Shown here: in pieces, positions 62,817 through 64,000 of the stretch
Layout: each line of letters opens with the position of its first letter
How positions within the stretch are numbered: the first letter of the stretch is position 1
The notes under the pieces: model-generated
Told to the model about the DNA's origin: nothing
Seen by the model: the letters and a program-made list of their open reading frames with translations, nothing else
The model's database searches: none
From: Phoronis australis
Lineage: Eukaryota > Animalia > Phoronida
Direction: 5' to 3'
NCBI GenBank assembly: GCA_002633005.1
Contig: NMRA01000779.1
Span: 6,478 to 70,477, forward strand
Length of the DNA stretch: 64,000 nt
Position numbers and translations under genes: made by a program

Positions 62817-62940
62817 ATAACAGAGTATGCTCTGCCGCTGAGCCGAATCCCACGATAACAAAGTACGCTCTGCCGCTAAGCCAAATCCCACGATAACAGA
62901 GTACGCTCTGCCGCTGAGCCAAATCCCACGACAACAGAGT
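62817..62940. repeat. 38-bp minisatellite, right part
   Basis: Same unit as 59833-59988. Confidence 0.9.
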
Positions 62941-63873
62941 ATTTTAAGAGTATTTAAATAGTAAAGACACCTACCTTGATTTCAGTGACCGTCTTGAAGA
63001 CAGCGGGAGGATTGGATACGAATCCTGACGTATTAGGTTATTATTTTATTATGAAGATTATTAGCAAAAGGTTTTTCAAGATACTTCGGAGGAATTTGAG
63101 ATATTCGTTGCATTTGCTAATTTCTGCGTGTAGTTGTTCAATGAAATCATTTTTATACGAAAACTATAGACTATTGTGAACAAGAGTCCATGCATTACGA
63201 CGTATGTCTATTTTGGCGTAAACTGGAAATTTGATAGCATTTAAGCTCAAAATGTTACTTAAATTATAGTTTTCGTATCGTTTTGACTTTTTAAAGCGCT
63301 CGTTTCTAACTTCGCCAACCGAAAATCCAATATAGAGCGTTGGTGCAAATAGATTAGACAATAAATCCTACACTTCCGTACTTTACGCTAAACTTCATGA
63401 ATCCAATTTCGTCGCCAACCATGCTGGCCAAAGACGTTCCCAAAAGACAATATTTTAACATGACATCAAACATTTTTGTTAACAGATACAGAATTCAATA
63501 GAGAATTTTAATTTCAATTTTTGAATTATTGGTGCTAAGCCACTAAATGACCGGCCATTTGTTTAAGTTGATCCTTGAAAAAGCAATTACACACAGAGAT
63601 AGATTTTAGAAATTGATATCGATATCTTTAGATTGATAACATTCATTGTATTATAAAAAGAAATCGATGATAAAAAGGGAGGCTACTTGAAAAATAAAGT
63701 AATGGCTTAAACGCCAATTTGGCAACAGGGGAATTCAAGCTTCTACCATAAAAGCCCTCCCCCTCCCCAAAAACATTGAACGTCATCAAACATTTTTTCT
63801 AAATCTGACAAATGCAAACTTAAGACATAAAGCTTTTACAAGATCAAGTGACTGAAACTTGTCTTGGATACTC

Positions 63874-64000
63874 TAGCACCCTGCCCCTGTACCCACTTAC
63901 AATAGCACCCTGCCCCTGTACCCACTTACAATAGCACCCTGCCTCTGTACCCACTTACAATAGCACTCTGCCCCTGTACCCACTTACAATAGCACCCTGC
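63874..64000. repeat. 29-bp minisatellite running off the window
   Basis: Repeated unit TAGCACCCTGCCCCTGTACCCACTTACAA. Confidence 0.92.

Overview
This is invertebrate animal genomic DNA (about 40% GC, spliced genes, draft assembly with N gaps). I reconstructed four multi-exon genes by hand from splice sites and codon phase. (1) The 3' part of a BMP type II receptor (BMPR2/wishful-thinking-like), + strand, 4433-19786. (2) A complete RacA-type RhoBTB gene with an intact Rac-like GTPase domain, two BTB domains and a CAAX box, + strand, 25796-32667. (3) A type I membrane receptor with signal peptide, F-type lectin-like, TSP1, Ig V-like, TM, ITIM-like and PDZ-binding motifs, + strand, 36883-48825. 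(4) A secreted prepro-protein on the - strand (58932-53783) with an acidic pro-region followed by eight tandem cationic C-C-CC-C-C (knottin/ICK-framework) repeats; this is the most striking candidate novelty. Introns and intergenic DNA hold Kolobok derivatives (THAP + KolX remnants), a TA-flanked 4.4-kb TIR element, MITEs with 5-, 6- and 8-bp TSDs, two related solo LTRs, two decayed LINEs (one with a 2A-like DIEVNPGP motif), tRNA-derived fragments and many minisatellites. Several near-identical duplications joined by a single N look like assembly artefacts. No database search was run, so all family names rest on motif recognition.
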